From NCBI GenBank assembly GCA_022394755.1, contig JAGFCA010000023.1, forward strand, positions 17,342-81,341: DNA of 64,000 nt, given 5' to 3'. A program made the position numbers and the translations under genes. The notes beneath the pieces are model-generated. The model was not told the origin of the DNA, searched no databases, and was given only the letters and a program-made list of their open reading frames with translations. Positions 38,976 to 49,984 of this stretch are shown one piece after another (positions within the stretch are counted from its first letter, which is position 1; each line of letters opens with the position of its first letter). The DNA is from Candidatus Poribacteria bacterium. GTDB lineage: Bacteria > Poribacteria > WGA-4E > WGA-3G.

Positions 38976-38994
38976 GTTGTGAAATTTTCACAAC
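38976..38994. promoter_or_regulatory. Perfect 19-bp palindrome GTTGTGAAA-T-TTTCACAAC (operator-like)
   Basis: Read directly. Additional half-sites GTTGTGAAT at 38996-39004 and GTTGTGAAA at 39186-39194. Confidence 0.4.
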
Positions 38995-39542
38995 AGTTGT
39001 GAATATAAAATTCTAATCTGATATACCTATAAACCTATACCAGAACAAGGCTCGTTGCCATTGAAATATTCAAATTGTATCAAATGTAAAAAAAATAAAA
39101 ATTTTTATGGTTTTTTCAGGTATATCTATAAACCCTTTCAGGAACTAACTTTAGAGCATTTGTAATTCTCTCTTTTAAAAATTGTGTTGTGAAAATAAAA
39201 AACCATCATCAATTACATCTAACTTAAAAATAACATAAGAATTGAATCCTATATTACGAAAATCTGTCAGAATGAGTATAAAATTTGGGATTAGAACTCA
39301 ACTAACAACCAATAACTATGAACTATCAACTATAACTAATGAATATCTATACAAACAATCCTAAATACAAAGTTACATCTATCTCAAAAATGTATACCTA
39401 TTTAACCGTTGGAAATCTCAAAATCAGAAAGGACAAAAAGGCAGAATTAAAGTTTTTTAAAAATAATATAAAGTTTATTCAAAGTGGAGTTAGACCATTC
39501 TACGACAGGATTTACAAGGATATTTTACACTAATTCAAATCC

Positions 39543-39564
39543 TACACTTTGTAGGAAAAGTGTA
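39543..39564. promoter_or_regulatory. Palindromic box TACACTTT-N6-AAAGTGTA
   Basis: Read directly. Same half-site family as 34509-34535. A lone AAAGTGTAAC at 39807-39816 ends 30 nt upstream of the ATG at 39847. Confidence 0.35.
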
Positions 39565-39846
39565 ACATTTTTACACATTTTCTATACATATTTAAATCCC
39601 CTAACGGGTGTTGATTAATCAGATTTTCCTATAAATCGGAGAGCATATCTTAATGTAGAAAATGTCATAATTAAGAAAAACAAAGAAAGCAGTATCTCCA
39701 ATTTTTCAACTTTCTCAGAAAATCAATTCAAAGGGATGCATACTCAGTATCTGACAGGGTTTGTACGGATAATTCGTACTAATTTCAATGTCACAACATA
39801 TGCCAGAAAGTGTAACTTTTTCGTTATTAATCTCTTGAAGGAATAA

Positions 39847-41160
39847 ATGAAAGTTATATTGACAGTTGTATTAATATTCCTAACTACCTACTATTCTGTT
39901 TTATCTGAAGATTGGAATGACTTCCTCGGACCTAATAGGAATGGAAAATCAACAGAATTGATTGACATTACCTTATGGGAAAAAGACGGTCCTCCTATCC
40001 TTTGGATAAAAGAAATCGGTACAAGCTACGGATCTCCAACAATTGCTGATGGAAAGGTCTATATCTTTTCACGTCATGATGATATGGCACGGCTTACCTG
40101 TTTAGATAGTAAAACAGGTGAGGATCTCTGGTATTATGAATATCCAACTGATTACGAAGATATGTATGGGTATAACAACGGTCCAAGATGCTGTCCTGTT
40201 GTAGATGAGGATAGAGTTTATATTTATGGAGCGGAAGGGATGCTGCATTGTGTCAAAGTAAATACTGGAAAAAGAGTATGGATGGTTGATACATTTGATA
40301 AGTTTAATGTAGTACAGAATTTCTTCGGTGTCGCTTCTGCACCTGCAGTTGAAGGTGATCTACTTATTGTACTGATTGGGGGTTCACCACCCGGTACACC
40401 GAAAAATATATGGGCTTCAGATGGAAAACCGAAACCTAACGGTAATGGAATTGTTGCATTTAATAAATTCACAGGAGATGTGGTTTATGAAACTGCAGAT
40501 GAATTAGCAAGTTATGCAAGTCCTATTTTTACAACAATTGACAATAGGCGTTGGGGTTTTGCATTCTTACGAGATGGATTGGTTGGATTTGAACCTCAGA
40601 CAGGTAAGGTTGATTTTCATTATCCTTGGCGTAGTCCGAAAATAGAATCAGTAAATGCATCCTGTCCGGTCATCGCAGACGATTATGTATTTATCAGTGA
40701 ATCCTATAGTGTAGGTAGTTCAGTTGTTCAAGTCCAACCCGGTGGATATAAGGTCGTATGGAAAGATAAACCAAGAAGTAGAACAAAATCAATGGAATTG
40801 CATTGGAATACAGCCATACATCACGAAGGTTATCTTTATGGGAGTAGTGGTAGACATGCAGGAAATGCCGATCTCCGTTGTATAGAGCTTAAAACCGGTA
40901 AAATCATGTGGAGACATCAACTAAATGAAAGAGGTTCTTTGTTGTGGGTAGATGATTATTTCATTTACCTTGGTGAATATGGTCGTTTAATGCTACTGAA
41001 ATTGACATCTGAAAAACCTGAGTTAATTGTAGAATCGATACCAAAGACAAAGAATGGGATGCAACTAATTACATATCCAGCATGGGCTGCCCCTGTAATT
41101 TCAAATGGACAACTCTACATTCGTGGAAATAATCGTCTGATCTGTTTTAAGATACGGTAG
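39847..41160 (+). CDS. PQQ-like beta-propeller repeat protein (BamB-like fold), secreted
   Basis: Signal peptide. DWNDFLGPNRNGKS N-terminus and repeated ...G.(V/I)Y..S..G.L.C.D..TG...W blades. Confidence 0.7.
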   Translation: MKVILTVVLIFLTTYYSVLSEDWNDFLGPNRNGKSTELIDITLWEKDGPPILWIKEIGTSYGSPTIADGKVYIFSRHDDMARLTCLDSKTGEDLWYYEYPTDYEDMYGYNNGPRCCPVVDEDRVYIYGAEGMLHCVKVNTGKRVWMVDTFDKFNVVQNFFGVASAPAVEGDLLIVLIGGSPPGTPKNIWASDGKPKPNGNGIVAFNKFTGDVVYETADELASYASPIFTTIDNRRWGFAFLRDGLVGFEPQTGKVDFHYPWRSPKIESVNASCPVIADDYVFISESYSVGSSVVQVQPGGYKVVWKDKPRSRTKSMELHWNTAIHHEGYLYGSSGRHAGNADLRCIELKTGKIMWRHQLNERGSLLWVDDYFIYLGEYGRLMLLKLTSEKPELIVESIPKTKNGMQLITYPAWAAPVISNGQLYIRGNNRLICFKIR

Positions 41161-41172
41161 TATTGATTAGAA

Positions 41173-42261
41173 CTAAGGTTTCCATAAAGTTGCTTCTATA
41201 TATCTTTCTCCATCTTCTTCTTCATCAAAATAATATACAGTCACAATAGTGCCATCAGGTCGTTGAACTGTTCTGGGATAACCGATGTCCGGATCACCAC
41301 CATTATCACGAATGACAATCTCATCTCCCCAAGTCTGTCCATTATCACTACTGAGTTTAGCACACATTCTGTGCGGTGCATCTCTGTATCCGTAAATCAA
41401 ACATAATCTGCCATCATCAAGAAGGGTCAGTGTTGGAGGATTCCCACCTATACCTGTATTGTCCACAGGTTCATTCATAAAATCCCATGAATTTCCATTA
41501 TCTTTTGATATATATAAGTCAATCCAATTTTTCTTTTCATCCCATTCTGCATCAGCATTCTTTGCTCTACCTCTACATCGTACGGCAACCAATATGTCTG
41601 TTTCAGACAGACGGACACTTGCTGGCATAATCGCAAATCCTTCTGGTTCGGGACCAATTTGAGATAAAAGAGACAAAGACTTTGCACCATCTTTTGTCTG
41701 AGCACAAAATACCATTCCCTCTTGTCCGTCCGATTTTGATGCAGTTAGAAAGAATAATGCCTCATCTGAATTAGAAATGAGATAATCAGTTCGTGCTGCA
41801 ATTCCAGTAAATCCAAACATAGGCATTTCATACGGACCTTCCCAACTATGACAACGATCTAAAGAGACATAGTACCACGATTTTGCTCCTTCTCTCAGTC
41901 CTGAACGACTACACATAATGGCAATATCAGGATGGGTTAAGTTGTAACTTTTTGCAAGATCATATTCTGAATCACCATCGGTATTAGGTTTACCAGCAAC
42001 ATGCTCATTTGCAGATAGAGTGCCTTTACCTGGGAGTCTGCATGGTGTATCAACTAACTCCCATGTTTCTCCTCCATCCAAACTACGTGCCTGTGTTGCA
42101 ATGAACGGTTTACTTCCATCTCTTTTATGAAAACCAGCATCCGATTTATGATATCCGACTGTAAAACCAACAACTATTTCATTCCCCCATGACCAAATTC
42201 CGTAGTTTGCTGGCCATCCCCCAAAACGTCCTTCTTCTCTATAAATTGTTACTTGCTTCAA
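41173..42261 (-). CDS. Sialidase-like BNR/Asp-box glycoside hydrolase family protein
   Basis: SLDGGETW, SKDNGNSW and SSDNGQTW Asp-boxes, plus N-terminal GGWPANYGIWSWGNEI. TTG 42261 (TGGAG RBS) is preferred over the ORF-track TTG 42321. Confidence 0.6.
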   Translation of the reverse strand: MKQVTIYREEGRFGGWPANYGIWSWGNEIVVGFTVGYHKSDAGFHKRDGSKPFIATQARSLDGGETWELVDTPCRLPGKGTLSANEHVAGKPNTDGDSEYDLAKSYNLTHPDIAIMCSRSGLREGAKSWYYVSLDRCHSWEGPYEMPMFGFTGIAARTDYLISNSDEALFFLTASKSDGQEGMVFCAQTKDGAKSLSLLSQIGPEPEGFAIMPASVRLSETDILVAVRCRGRAKNADAEWDEKKNWIDLYISKDNGNSWDFMNEPVDNTGIGGNPPTLTLLDDGRLCLIYGYRDAPHRMCAKLSSDNGQTWGDEIVIRDNGGDPDIGYPRTVQRPDGTIVTVYYFDEEEDGERYIEATLWKP

Positions 42262-42409
42262 GATTTTACTCCAATAATTGATTTGACATAGTATACCAAT
42301 ACAATGATAACTATTCAACAATGATTAAAGATATAGGTTTTCCTTGACAAATACCCTAATAATCATAAAATTAGATGGCAGTATTCAAACATATTCAAGG
42401 ACACCTCAA

Positions 42410-43477
42410 ATGGAAACAACCCATCTTTTTAAACCTTCTCACCTACATGCAATCACTCGAACTATATTTATTGCAGCAGGGGCATCAGAACATGTTGCCA
42501 ACGATGTTGCAGAAATCCTTATAAAAGCAAATCTCTCTGGACATGATTCCCATGGTGTATTACGTATTCCCGCATATATTAGAGGAATTAATGATGGTAG
42601 TATTAAACCATCAAATGAACCTGAAATAGTTCATGAAACAGATAATCTTCTCCGTGTAGATGGAAATTTCAGCTTTGGACATTATGTTTCTCGATGGTCT
42701 ATTCGTAAAGCAATTGAAAAAGCTAAAACTTCAGGTTCATGTTGTGTGAGCATATTCAACACTGGTCATATTGGTCGTTTAGGTGAGTATGCAGAAGAAG
42801 CAGCACATTCTGGATGCATAGGTCTTGTTTCGGTTGGAATGGGTGGTAAAGGTGCAGGACCAGTAGTTCCATTCGGTGGATCTGAAGGTAGATTCAGTAC
42901 GAATCCTATTGCTTTAGGTGTTCCTACAGGTGATAAAACACCTTTTATAGTTGATTATGCAACAAGTGTAATTGCAGAGGGCAAAATACAAGTAGCTCGA
43001 AGTAAAGGATCAGAACTACCAGAGGGATGTATTTTAGATAAGAATGGATCACCAAGTGTTGACCCAGCCGAATTCTATGATGGTGGTTCATTGCTTACAT
43101 TTGGTCGTCATAAAGGATACGCACTCGCTATGTTTACATGTTTACTCGGTGGATTGGCAGGTACATTTAATGTTGATGAAGGAAGTATGAAAGGAATCTA
43201 TATGCAGGCTATAAATGTAAACGCATTTACACCGATTGAAGAATATCAGAAAGGTGTACGTGCATTTTTGGATGTAATTAAATCCACGACTCCTGCTAAA
43301 GGATTTGATGAAGTTTTAGTTCCTGGCGATTTTGAAGCAAGATTATATACTGATCGTGTCAAATCTGGCATTGAAATTCCTGATTCTATTAATAATCAAT
43401 TAAATGAGTGTGCAGAACAATATAGTGTTTCGATTGATGAAGGAATTATCAAACCTGAAGATGAAAAGAGATATTAG
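42410..43477 (+). CDS. Ldh2-family (malate/L-lactate/ureidoglycolate-type) NAD(P)H-dependent dehydrogenase
   Basis: SGHDSHGVLRIPAYI, GHIGRLGEYAE, STNPIA and HKGYALAMF motifs. ATG 42410 follows AAGGA. Confidence 0.8.
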   Translation: METTHLFKPSHLHAITRTIFIAAGASEHVANDVAEILIKANLSGHDSHGVLRIPAYIRGINDGSIKPSNEPEIVHETDNLLRVDGNFSFGHYVSRWSIRKAIEKAKTSGSCCVSIFNTGHIGRLGEYAEEAAHSGCIGLVSVGMGGKGAGPVVPFGGSEGRFSTNPIALGVPTGDKTPFIVDYATSVIAEGKIQVARSKGSELPEGCILDKNGSPSVDPAEFYDGGSLLTFGRHKGYALAMFTCLLGGLAGTFNVDEGSMKGIYMQAINVNAFTPIEEYQKGVRAFLDVIKSTTPAKGFDEVLVPGDFEARLYTDRVKSGIEIPDSINNQLNECAEQYSVSIDEGIIKPEDEKRY

Positions 43478-43698
43478 TTGTATGAAACAGGATCTGATTG
43501 GTAAAGTTCCTATATGATAAAATTAGATCCATTAGATGATTCATCAACCATTGATTGTATTAGTCTTAGTCCTATTCCAAGAATCTCTTTAAATCAAAAA
43601 TATTTGCAGTTTCATTACTTACCATGTTATAAAACGGCATCATTAATTAATGTTCATTTGAATTTGAGATTCTTTAATTATCTCTTTGGTTTGATAAC

Positions 43699-46209
43699 AT
43701 GCGATATCCTCATTTTTTCTTAATTCTCCTTCTACTAACCTATTTCCAATCTAATTCATTATCTCAAGAACAAACTTTCTTAACGCATGGGGGTAGTGTT
43801 CAGGCAGTTGCTTATTCACCAATATCTTCGTCTATTATTGCCAGTGCCGGTGGAAACAATAGCATAAAATTATGGAATTTGAATGATGGTGGAGAGACTA
43901 TATTAGGGAATCATACAGATACTGTCAATTCCATTTCTTTTTCTCCTGATGGACAACACTTAGTTAGTGGAAGCGATGATTATAAACTAAAAGTATGGGA
44001 CATACAGAATGAACGCCTTATAGTTACACTCAATCATATAACAAATTCAGCACAATCACAAATTAAGAAAGTTGGCTTTACCCCTAATGGCCAACAGTTT
44101 ATATCTGCTGGATATCATATAAAGATATGGGATATTCACACGTTCAGGGAAATCCTCACAATTAGACATGATGCATGGATATATACTTTTGCTTTCTCAA
44201 TTGATGGAGGATTACTTGCTTATGGAGATACCAAAGGGAAGATCGTCGTCCGTAATATCAAGACTCATCAAGAAATTGTTAGATTCCAAGCAGAATCTGA
44301 TTTAATTACGACTCTTAAGTTTTCTCCAGATAATAACATACTTGCGAGTGGTGGACTACAAGGTGGTATAAAATTGTGGAACACACAAAATTGGGTGAAC
44401 ATTGGTACTCTACCAACACAAGGGACAGTGACAGATCTAAACTATTCCCCTGATGGAAGTATTCTTGCTAATTCAGATTTTGAAGCAGTTAATCTATGGC
44501 AAATTGATAATGGTGAAAGAATTACCACATTATCAGGTCATAAAGGTTGGGTAAATACTGCAATATTTTCTCCTGATGGAGAATCAATTACCAGTGGTGG
44601 TAGTGATGGAACAATTCGATTTTGGGATATCACAGCATTTCAAAAAGATGATCTGGATCTCGTCAGAATAATTTATTTTGTACCCAGTGATCGGACTTAT
44701 CAATATGATATATGGATCAAATTGGACAGTCGAATTAGGAAAGTTCAACAATTTTATGCTGACCAATTAGAATTAAACGGTTTTGGTAGAAAGAGTTTCA
44801 CTTTTGAAACAGATGAATATGACAATACTGTCATACATCATGTAAAAGGGAACTTTAATGACTGGTATTACCACACTGAAACACATAATAAAATTCAGAA
44901 TGAAATCAGATCTCAGTTTGATATGACAAAAGATGTTTATCTTATTGTAGCAGATCTAAGTTCTGAAACTGTTGAAACAAAAAACACGTGTGGTATAGGG
45001 GGTAGTTTTTGGTTGGAAAAGGAATCGAAAATTAAATCACATGGGGGTTATGCATTAATCCCGGCATCCGGAAAGTGTTTTGATGATAAAGTTGGAACTC
45101 ATACGACTGCACATGAGCTTGGACATGCATTCGGTTTAGAACATGATTTTAGGGACAATGATTATATTATGTCCTATGGTGAATCTCCTAATCAGTTATC
45201 ATATTGTGCGGCTGAATGGTTAAGTGTAAGTCGGTTTTTTAACACGGATACAATTGGATTCAATAATCCAACATCGTTACAGACACTTTCTCCGCTAACA
45301 TATATTCCATCTGCTGGTAATTATTCTTTAATATGCCAAATAACTGACCTTGATGGATTACACCAAGTACAACTTATGGTACCTACAACGACAAATGATC
45401 CATCTTCAGGAACAAAATTACATAGTTGTCATCGTATTGATTCTGTCAGTAAAGCAATTGAATTTGACTTATCCTCACTAACTTCTAATCAATTAAATTC
45501 TGTCACACTACAGGTAATAGATGTATTTGGAAATATTACTCGACAAGATTATATCATCACCGCAGATGCATCAATTTCTTCTAACAATCACATAGATGTA
45601 AATGGCGATGGCACAATAGACTCAAGTGACCTTGTTATAGTAGCAGCAAACTTTGGTGACACAATAATTGACAATATTTTTCCTAATCCTGATGTCAATA
45701 GAGATGGTATTGTCGACATAATTGATCTATTGTTAGTTGTAAATGAAATACAGAAAACTACTGATGTCGCACCATCAATATTTAAGAGTGATATACAATT
45801 TAGTAAATCCACTATTCGGGGCTGGATTAACCAAGCAAAACAATTACCGAATAAGGATTTAAATATTAAGAATGGTATACGATATTTAGAGAAATTATTT
45901 GAATCTATATCACCTACGGAAACACTTCTATTTAATAACTACCCAAATCCGTTTAACCCTGATACATGGATACCATATCAATTAGCAAAGCCTTCAGACG
46001 TAGTAATTACAATTTTTGATATACAAGGAAAAATAATTCGAACATTAAATCTTGGATATAAACCAGCAGGTACATATATGAACCGTGGAAGTGCTGCTTA
46101 TTGGAATGGTAGGAATAATATCGGTGAATTAGTAGGAAGTGGTGTATATTTTTATACATTCAATGGGGATAAATATCAATTTACCCATAGAATGTATTTG
46201 AAGAAATAA
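43699..46209 (+). CDS. Secreted WD40-repeat / metzincin zinc-protease / dockerin / C-terminal sorting-domain protein
   Basis: Signal peptide. About 7 WD40 repeats (GHTDTVNSISFSPDGQHLVSGSDDYKLKVWD...). HELGHAFGLEHD (HExxHxxGxxHD). Two dockerin-type segments DVNGDGTIDSSDL and DVNRDGIVDIIDL. C-terminal NYPNPFNPDTWIPY...GVYFY (T9SS/FlgD-Ig-like). Confidence 0.75.
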   Translation: MRYPHFFLILLLLTYFQSNSLSQEQTFLTHGGSVQAVAYSPISSSIIASAGGNNSIKLWNLNDGGETILGNHTDTVNSISFSPDGQHLVSGSDDYKLKVWDIQNERLIVTLNHITNSAQSQIKKVGFTPNGQQFISAGYHIKIWDIHTFREILTIRHDAWIYTFAFSIDGGLLAYGDTKGKIVVRNIKTHQEIVRFQAESDLITTLKFSPDNNILASGGLQGGIKLWNTQNWVNIGTLPTQGTVTDLNYSPDGSILANSDFEAVNLWQIDNGERITTLSGHKGWVNTAIFSPDGESITSGGSDGTIRFWDITAFQKDDLDLVRIIYFVPSDRTYQYDIWIKLDSRIRKVQQFYADQLELNGFGRKSFTFETDEYDNTVIHHVKGNFNDWYYHTETHNKIQNEIRSQFDMTKDVYLIVADLSSETVETKNTCGIGGSFWLEKESKIKSHGGYALIPASGKCFDDKVGTHTTAHELGHAFGLEHDFRDNDYIMSYGESPNQLSYCAAEWLSVSRFFNTDTIGFNNPTSLQTLSPLTYIPSAGNYSLICQITDLDGLHQVQLMVPTTTNDPSSGTKLHSCHRIDSVSKAIEFDLSSLTSNQLNSVTLQVIDVFGNITRQDYIITADASISSNNHIDVNGDGTIDSSDLVIVAANFGDTIIDNIFPNPDVNRDGIVDIIDLLLVVNEIQKTTDVAPSIFKSDIQFSKSTIRGWINQAKQLPNKDLNIKNGIRYLEKLFESISPTETLLFNNYPNPFNPDTWIPYQLAKPSDVVITIFDIQGKIIRTLNLGYKPAGTYMNRGSAAYWNGRNNIGELVGSGVYFYTFNGDKYQFTHRMYLKK

Positions 46210-46386
46210 AACACAAAAAACGTATAATATTTTCTATAGATACAGTTTCTTACAGTCTATAGGATTCTCTATTATCAATTGATTTACCATCGGTAAACTA
46301 TATTCAACAAATCATGATTTATTATTCTTAGCTTAAATAAATTATCATACATAATTGCCAACAACATTGTCTTCAGGAGTAGATTT

Positions 46387-48600
46387 ATGGCAGAATATAT
46401 TCAAATTGGTAGTATTAAAATTGACAAAGATCTCTTTGCACTCGTTAGTAATGAAATTGCTCCAGACACCGAAATTAATGCTATACAATTTTGGAATTCA
46501 TTTGATGAGATTGTTCACGAGTTCGCAGACGAAAACAAGGCACTACTGAAAAAACGTGATACACTTCAAGAGCAAATTGATGCATGGTATCTTGATAGAA
46601 AAGATGAACCAATTGATCATATTGAATATAAGGAATTCCTAACTGATATAGGCTACCTTGTTCCTGAAGGCAGCAATTTTATTGTAAGTACTGAAAATGT
46701 CGATTTAGAAATTGCTATCATCGCAGGACCTCAATTGGTTGTTCCAGTGGATAACGCTCGTTATGCATTAAATGCAACAAACGCACGTTGGGGGAGTTTA
46801 TACGACGCATTATATGGAACAGATGTTATAGATGAAAGTGATGGTGCAACAAAAGGAACTGAATATAATCCAGTCCGTGGAAAAAAAGTAATTGAATATA
46901 CTGAGAATCTGTTAGATGAGATCATTCCAATTGAGAATGGTAGTTATACTGATGTTTATCGCTTCTACCTAAAAACGATTGGGGGTTCATTAAGTCTACG
47001 TATGAAATTACATGATGGAGACGAGGTAGGTTTAGAAGATCCAAAAAAGTTTGTGGGATTTAACTTAAATAGTGATGATCTTTCCTCAATCCTATTTCAA
47101 AATAATGGACTTCATATTGAAATACTGATAGATAGAGAACATCCAATAGGTAAAGAACATCCCGCAGGTATATCCGATGTAATTCTTGAATCTGCAATCA
47201 CTACAATTCAGGATTGTGAGGACTCTGTTGCTGCAGTAGATGCAGAAGATAAAGTCAGAGTCTATAGAAACTGGAACGGGATAATGAAAGGCACTCTTGA
47301 AACAACATTTGCAAAAAACGGAGAAACCATTAATCGAAAACTTGTAGCCGATAAATCATATACTGCCCCTGATGGTTCCACATTCTCACTTTCTGGTAGG
47401 AGTTTATTGCTAATACGAAATGTAGGTATACATATGTATACAGATGCAGTATTAACATCTGACGACCAAGAGATACCAGAAGGTATTTTAGATGCCATGA
47501 TTACCTCATTTGCTGCACTCCATGATTTACAAGGTAATAACAAATTTTCAAATAGCAAGACTGGAAGTGTTTATATTGTAAAACCTAAGTTCCATGGTCC
47601 AGATGAAGTTGAAATGACTATGCGATTATTTTCAAAAATTGAGAAGGCACTGGGAATACAACATAATACTCTAAAGATTGGAATCATGGATGAAGAACGC
47701 CGCACAACTGTAAACCTAAAAGAAGTACTCCGTATTGCATCTGAACGTCTTGTATTCATCAACACAGGATTCTTGGATAGGACGGGTGATGAGATTCACA
47801 CAAGCATGGTCGCAGGTCCAATGATTCCTAAAATGGATATTCGAAATGAGCCCTGGATGCGTGCCTATGAAAATTGGAATGTTGATATTGGTATCGAAAC
47901 AGGTTTACCAGGAATTACACAGATCGGAAAAGGGATGTGGACAAAACCAGACGAAATGGCAGAGATGCTTGAAACAAAAGTGAATCACCCTTTAGCAGGT
48001 GCAACAACCGCATGGGTTCCATCTCCTACTGCTGCAACTCTTCATGCAATCCATTATCATAAGGTGGATGTTTCAGGATGGTTACAAGAGTTGGCATTGC
48101 GGGAGAGGGCAAGCTTAACTGATCTGTTAACCCCACCTTTATTAGTGGACCGAAAGTTAAATTCTGATGAAATTCAACGGGAATTAGATAATAACGTTCA
48201 AGGGATTATTGGATATGTAGTTAGATGGGTAGACCAAGGCATTGGATGTTCAAAAATACCTGATATTAATAATGTTGGTCTTATGGAAGACAGAGCAACC
48301 CTACGGATTTCAAGTCAACATATAGCGAATTGGTTACACCATGATATCATCTCGAAAGAACAGATTATAGAGACATTCAAACGAATGGCAAAAATTGTGG
48401 ATCAACAGAACGAAGGAGATCCTAATTATCGTAGCATGTCATCCAACTTTGATGGAAGTATTGCCTTCCAAGCCGCCTTAGATTTGGTTTTTAAAGGAAC
48501 AGAGCTACCAAATGGTTATACTGAGTTTATATTACATCCTAAAAGGCGTGAGGTTAAGGCTAAAAGAAAGAATATGACGGATGGCAGCAATTCAAACTAA
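46387..48600 (+). CDS. glcB: Malate synthase G
   Basis: 737 aa. [15 protein letters not shown] block, overall length and N-terminus are typical of GlcB. AGGAG RBS. Confidence 0.9.
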   Translation: MAEYIQIGSIKIDKDLFALVSNEIAPDTEINAIQFWNSFDEIVHEFADENKALLKKRDTLQEQIDAWYLDRKDEPIDHIEYKEFLTDIGYLVPEGSNFIVSTENVDLEIAIIAGPQLVVPVDNARYALNATNARWGSLYDALYGTDVIDESDGATKGTEYNPVRGKKVIEYTENLLDEIIPIENGSYTDVYRFYLKTIGGSLSLRMKLHDGDEVGLEDPKKFVGFNLNSDDLSSILFQNNGLHIEILIDREHPIGKEHPAGISDVILESAITTIQDCEDSVAAVDAEDKVRVYRNWNGIMKGTLETTFAKNGETINRKLVADKSYTAPDGSTFSLSGRSLLLIRNVGIHMYTDAVLTSDDQEIPEGILDAMITSFAALHDLQGNNKFSNSKTGSVYIVKPKFHGPDEVEMTMRLFSKIEKALGIQHNTLKIGIMDEERRTTVNLKEVLRIASERLVFINTGFLDRTGDEIHTSMVAGPMIPKMDIRNEPWMRAYENWNVDIGIETGLPGITQIGKGMWTKPDEMAEMLETKVNHPLAGATTAWVPSPTAATLHAIHYHKVDVSGWLQELALRERASLTDLLTPPLLVDRKLNSDEIQRELDNNVQGIIGYVVRWVDQGIGCSKIPDINNVGLMEDRATLRISSQHIANWLHHDIISKEQIIETFKRMAKIVDQQNEGDPNYRSMSSNFDGSIAFQAALDLVFKGTELPNGYTEFILHPKRREVKAKRKNMTDGSNSN

Positions 48601-48604
48601 CATT

Positions 48605-49459
48605 TCATAAAGTTAGTCTATAAAACTCAATTGCATTATCGTGAAATAGTTTGTTTATGTCTTCTGTTGAAGAATCAGATACTGCATCTTTCAAAACTTG
48701 TACCCATCGAGGATAATCTGATGCCAGGGTTGACACGGGCCAATCACTTCCATAGATAACACGATCAAAACTAAATGCTTCAATAACATGCTCTATATAT
48801 GGTTGTAGATCTTCTGGTGTCCATGAATTATGGTCTGCTTCTGTCACTAACCCAGAAACCTTACAATACACATTTTCAAAGGATGCAAGTCTTGTGATTT
48901 CTTGTTTCCACGGTTCAAATAGTTGGTTTTTTATATCCGGTTTTCCAATATGATCTAAAATAAATTGTACATCCGGACACTGCTCAACAAGTTTGATTGT
49001 ATTTGCAAGCTGAGGATGGAAAATACATAGATCAAAACTAAGATTAAAACTGGAAAGTGTCTTTACACCGTCTATAAAGTCCGGTTGGATACAATAGTCA
49101 ATTTCTTCAGATTGGATAAGTCTTCGTATACCCTTTACAAGAGATTCCTCAGCTAATTTTTCTATGTATGGTGCCACAAGTTCACCTTCTTCAAGTGGTG
49201 CCCATGCGACAATTCCTTTGATTCGAGGTTCTACAGTTGAAAGAGATGTCACCCAATTTGTTTCTTTGAAACCATCATCGGGATGTGTATCACATTGTAC
49301 AAAAACTATTGATTCAATATTCAAATCTTGATGGGCATCTGAGTAGTCTTGTAATAAGTAGGGTTTGTTTAGATTAGGAACATCCTTTAGCCATGGATAT
49401 CTGAGCTGCTTAGGATGCCAAAGATGAACATGTGTATCAACAATAGGAAAATTGTCCAT
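48605..49459 (-). CDS. Amidohydrolase-2 family metal-dependent hydrolase (lactonase/decarboxylase-like)
   Basis: IVDTHVHLW N-terminal metal motif, HIGKP and GSDWPV. 284 aa. GGAGG RBS. Confidence 0.7.
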   Translation of the reverse strand: MDNFPIVDTHVHLWHPKQLRYPWLKDVPNLNKPYLLQDYSDAHQDLNIESIVFVQCDTHPDDGFKETNWVTSLSTVEPRIKGIVAWAPLEEGELVAPYIEKLAEESLVKGIRRLIQSEEIDYCIQPDFIDGVKTLSSFNLSFDLCIFHPQLANTIKLVEQCPDVQFILDHIGKPDIKNQLFEPWKQEITRLASFENVYCKVSGLVTEADHNSWTPEDLQPYIEHVIEAFSFDRVIYGSDWPVSTLASDYPRWVQVLKDAVSDSSTEDINKLFHDNAIEFYRLTL

Positions 49460-49984
49460 GACCCACCTCCAATCTTGGAAATAACCTTATTGTAGTTTTA
49501 TATTACTTTTTTGTCAATCATTTTGTCCTCTTAAACCGCTAATATTACTGTCAAAATGTATAGGTTATTGACATTTGATTCTGGTGATCATGTATCATCA
49601 ATACCTTGTATATACCAAATTTCTATGTTATACTTAGGTTGAATGGCTTGTTTCTTATTCGAATAATTATTGTGTTTTAGAAATTTGAAGTGTAAATTCA
49701 TAATCAAAATATCACGCACCTACAATCGTATAGATCTGTTTCATAGTTTAGTCCTAATACATTGATTTCTTGATTCCCGTATAAAAAAATGATTTATTGA
49801 TTTCATAAATATCCCTAAATTCGGGTGATCAAACAAAACTGTTCTGAATTGAAATACAGATCAAGTATAGTATTCTCTGCAAATTAATCCAGGCATATAT
49901 ACAAGGTATCATACAGGTCTCTAATACAATTTTCAGAATAGAATTATTACATTTCTAACTAATACTTCTTTCAGGAGTCAACCA

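Noticed and set aside
38976-38994. Canonical CRP/FNR binding site
   Set aside because: The core is TGTGA-N5-TCACA, one base short of the CRP spacing, and it does not match FNR's TTGAT-N4-ATCAA. It is reported only as an unassigned palindrome.
39339-39533. A 64-aa lysine-rich ORF in the second desert
   Set aside because: No Shine-Dalgarno sequence, and the composition is that of translated AT-rich DNA. It could be real, but nothing supports it.
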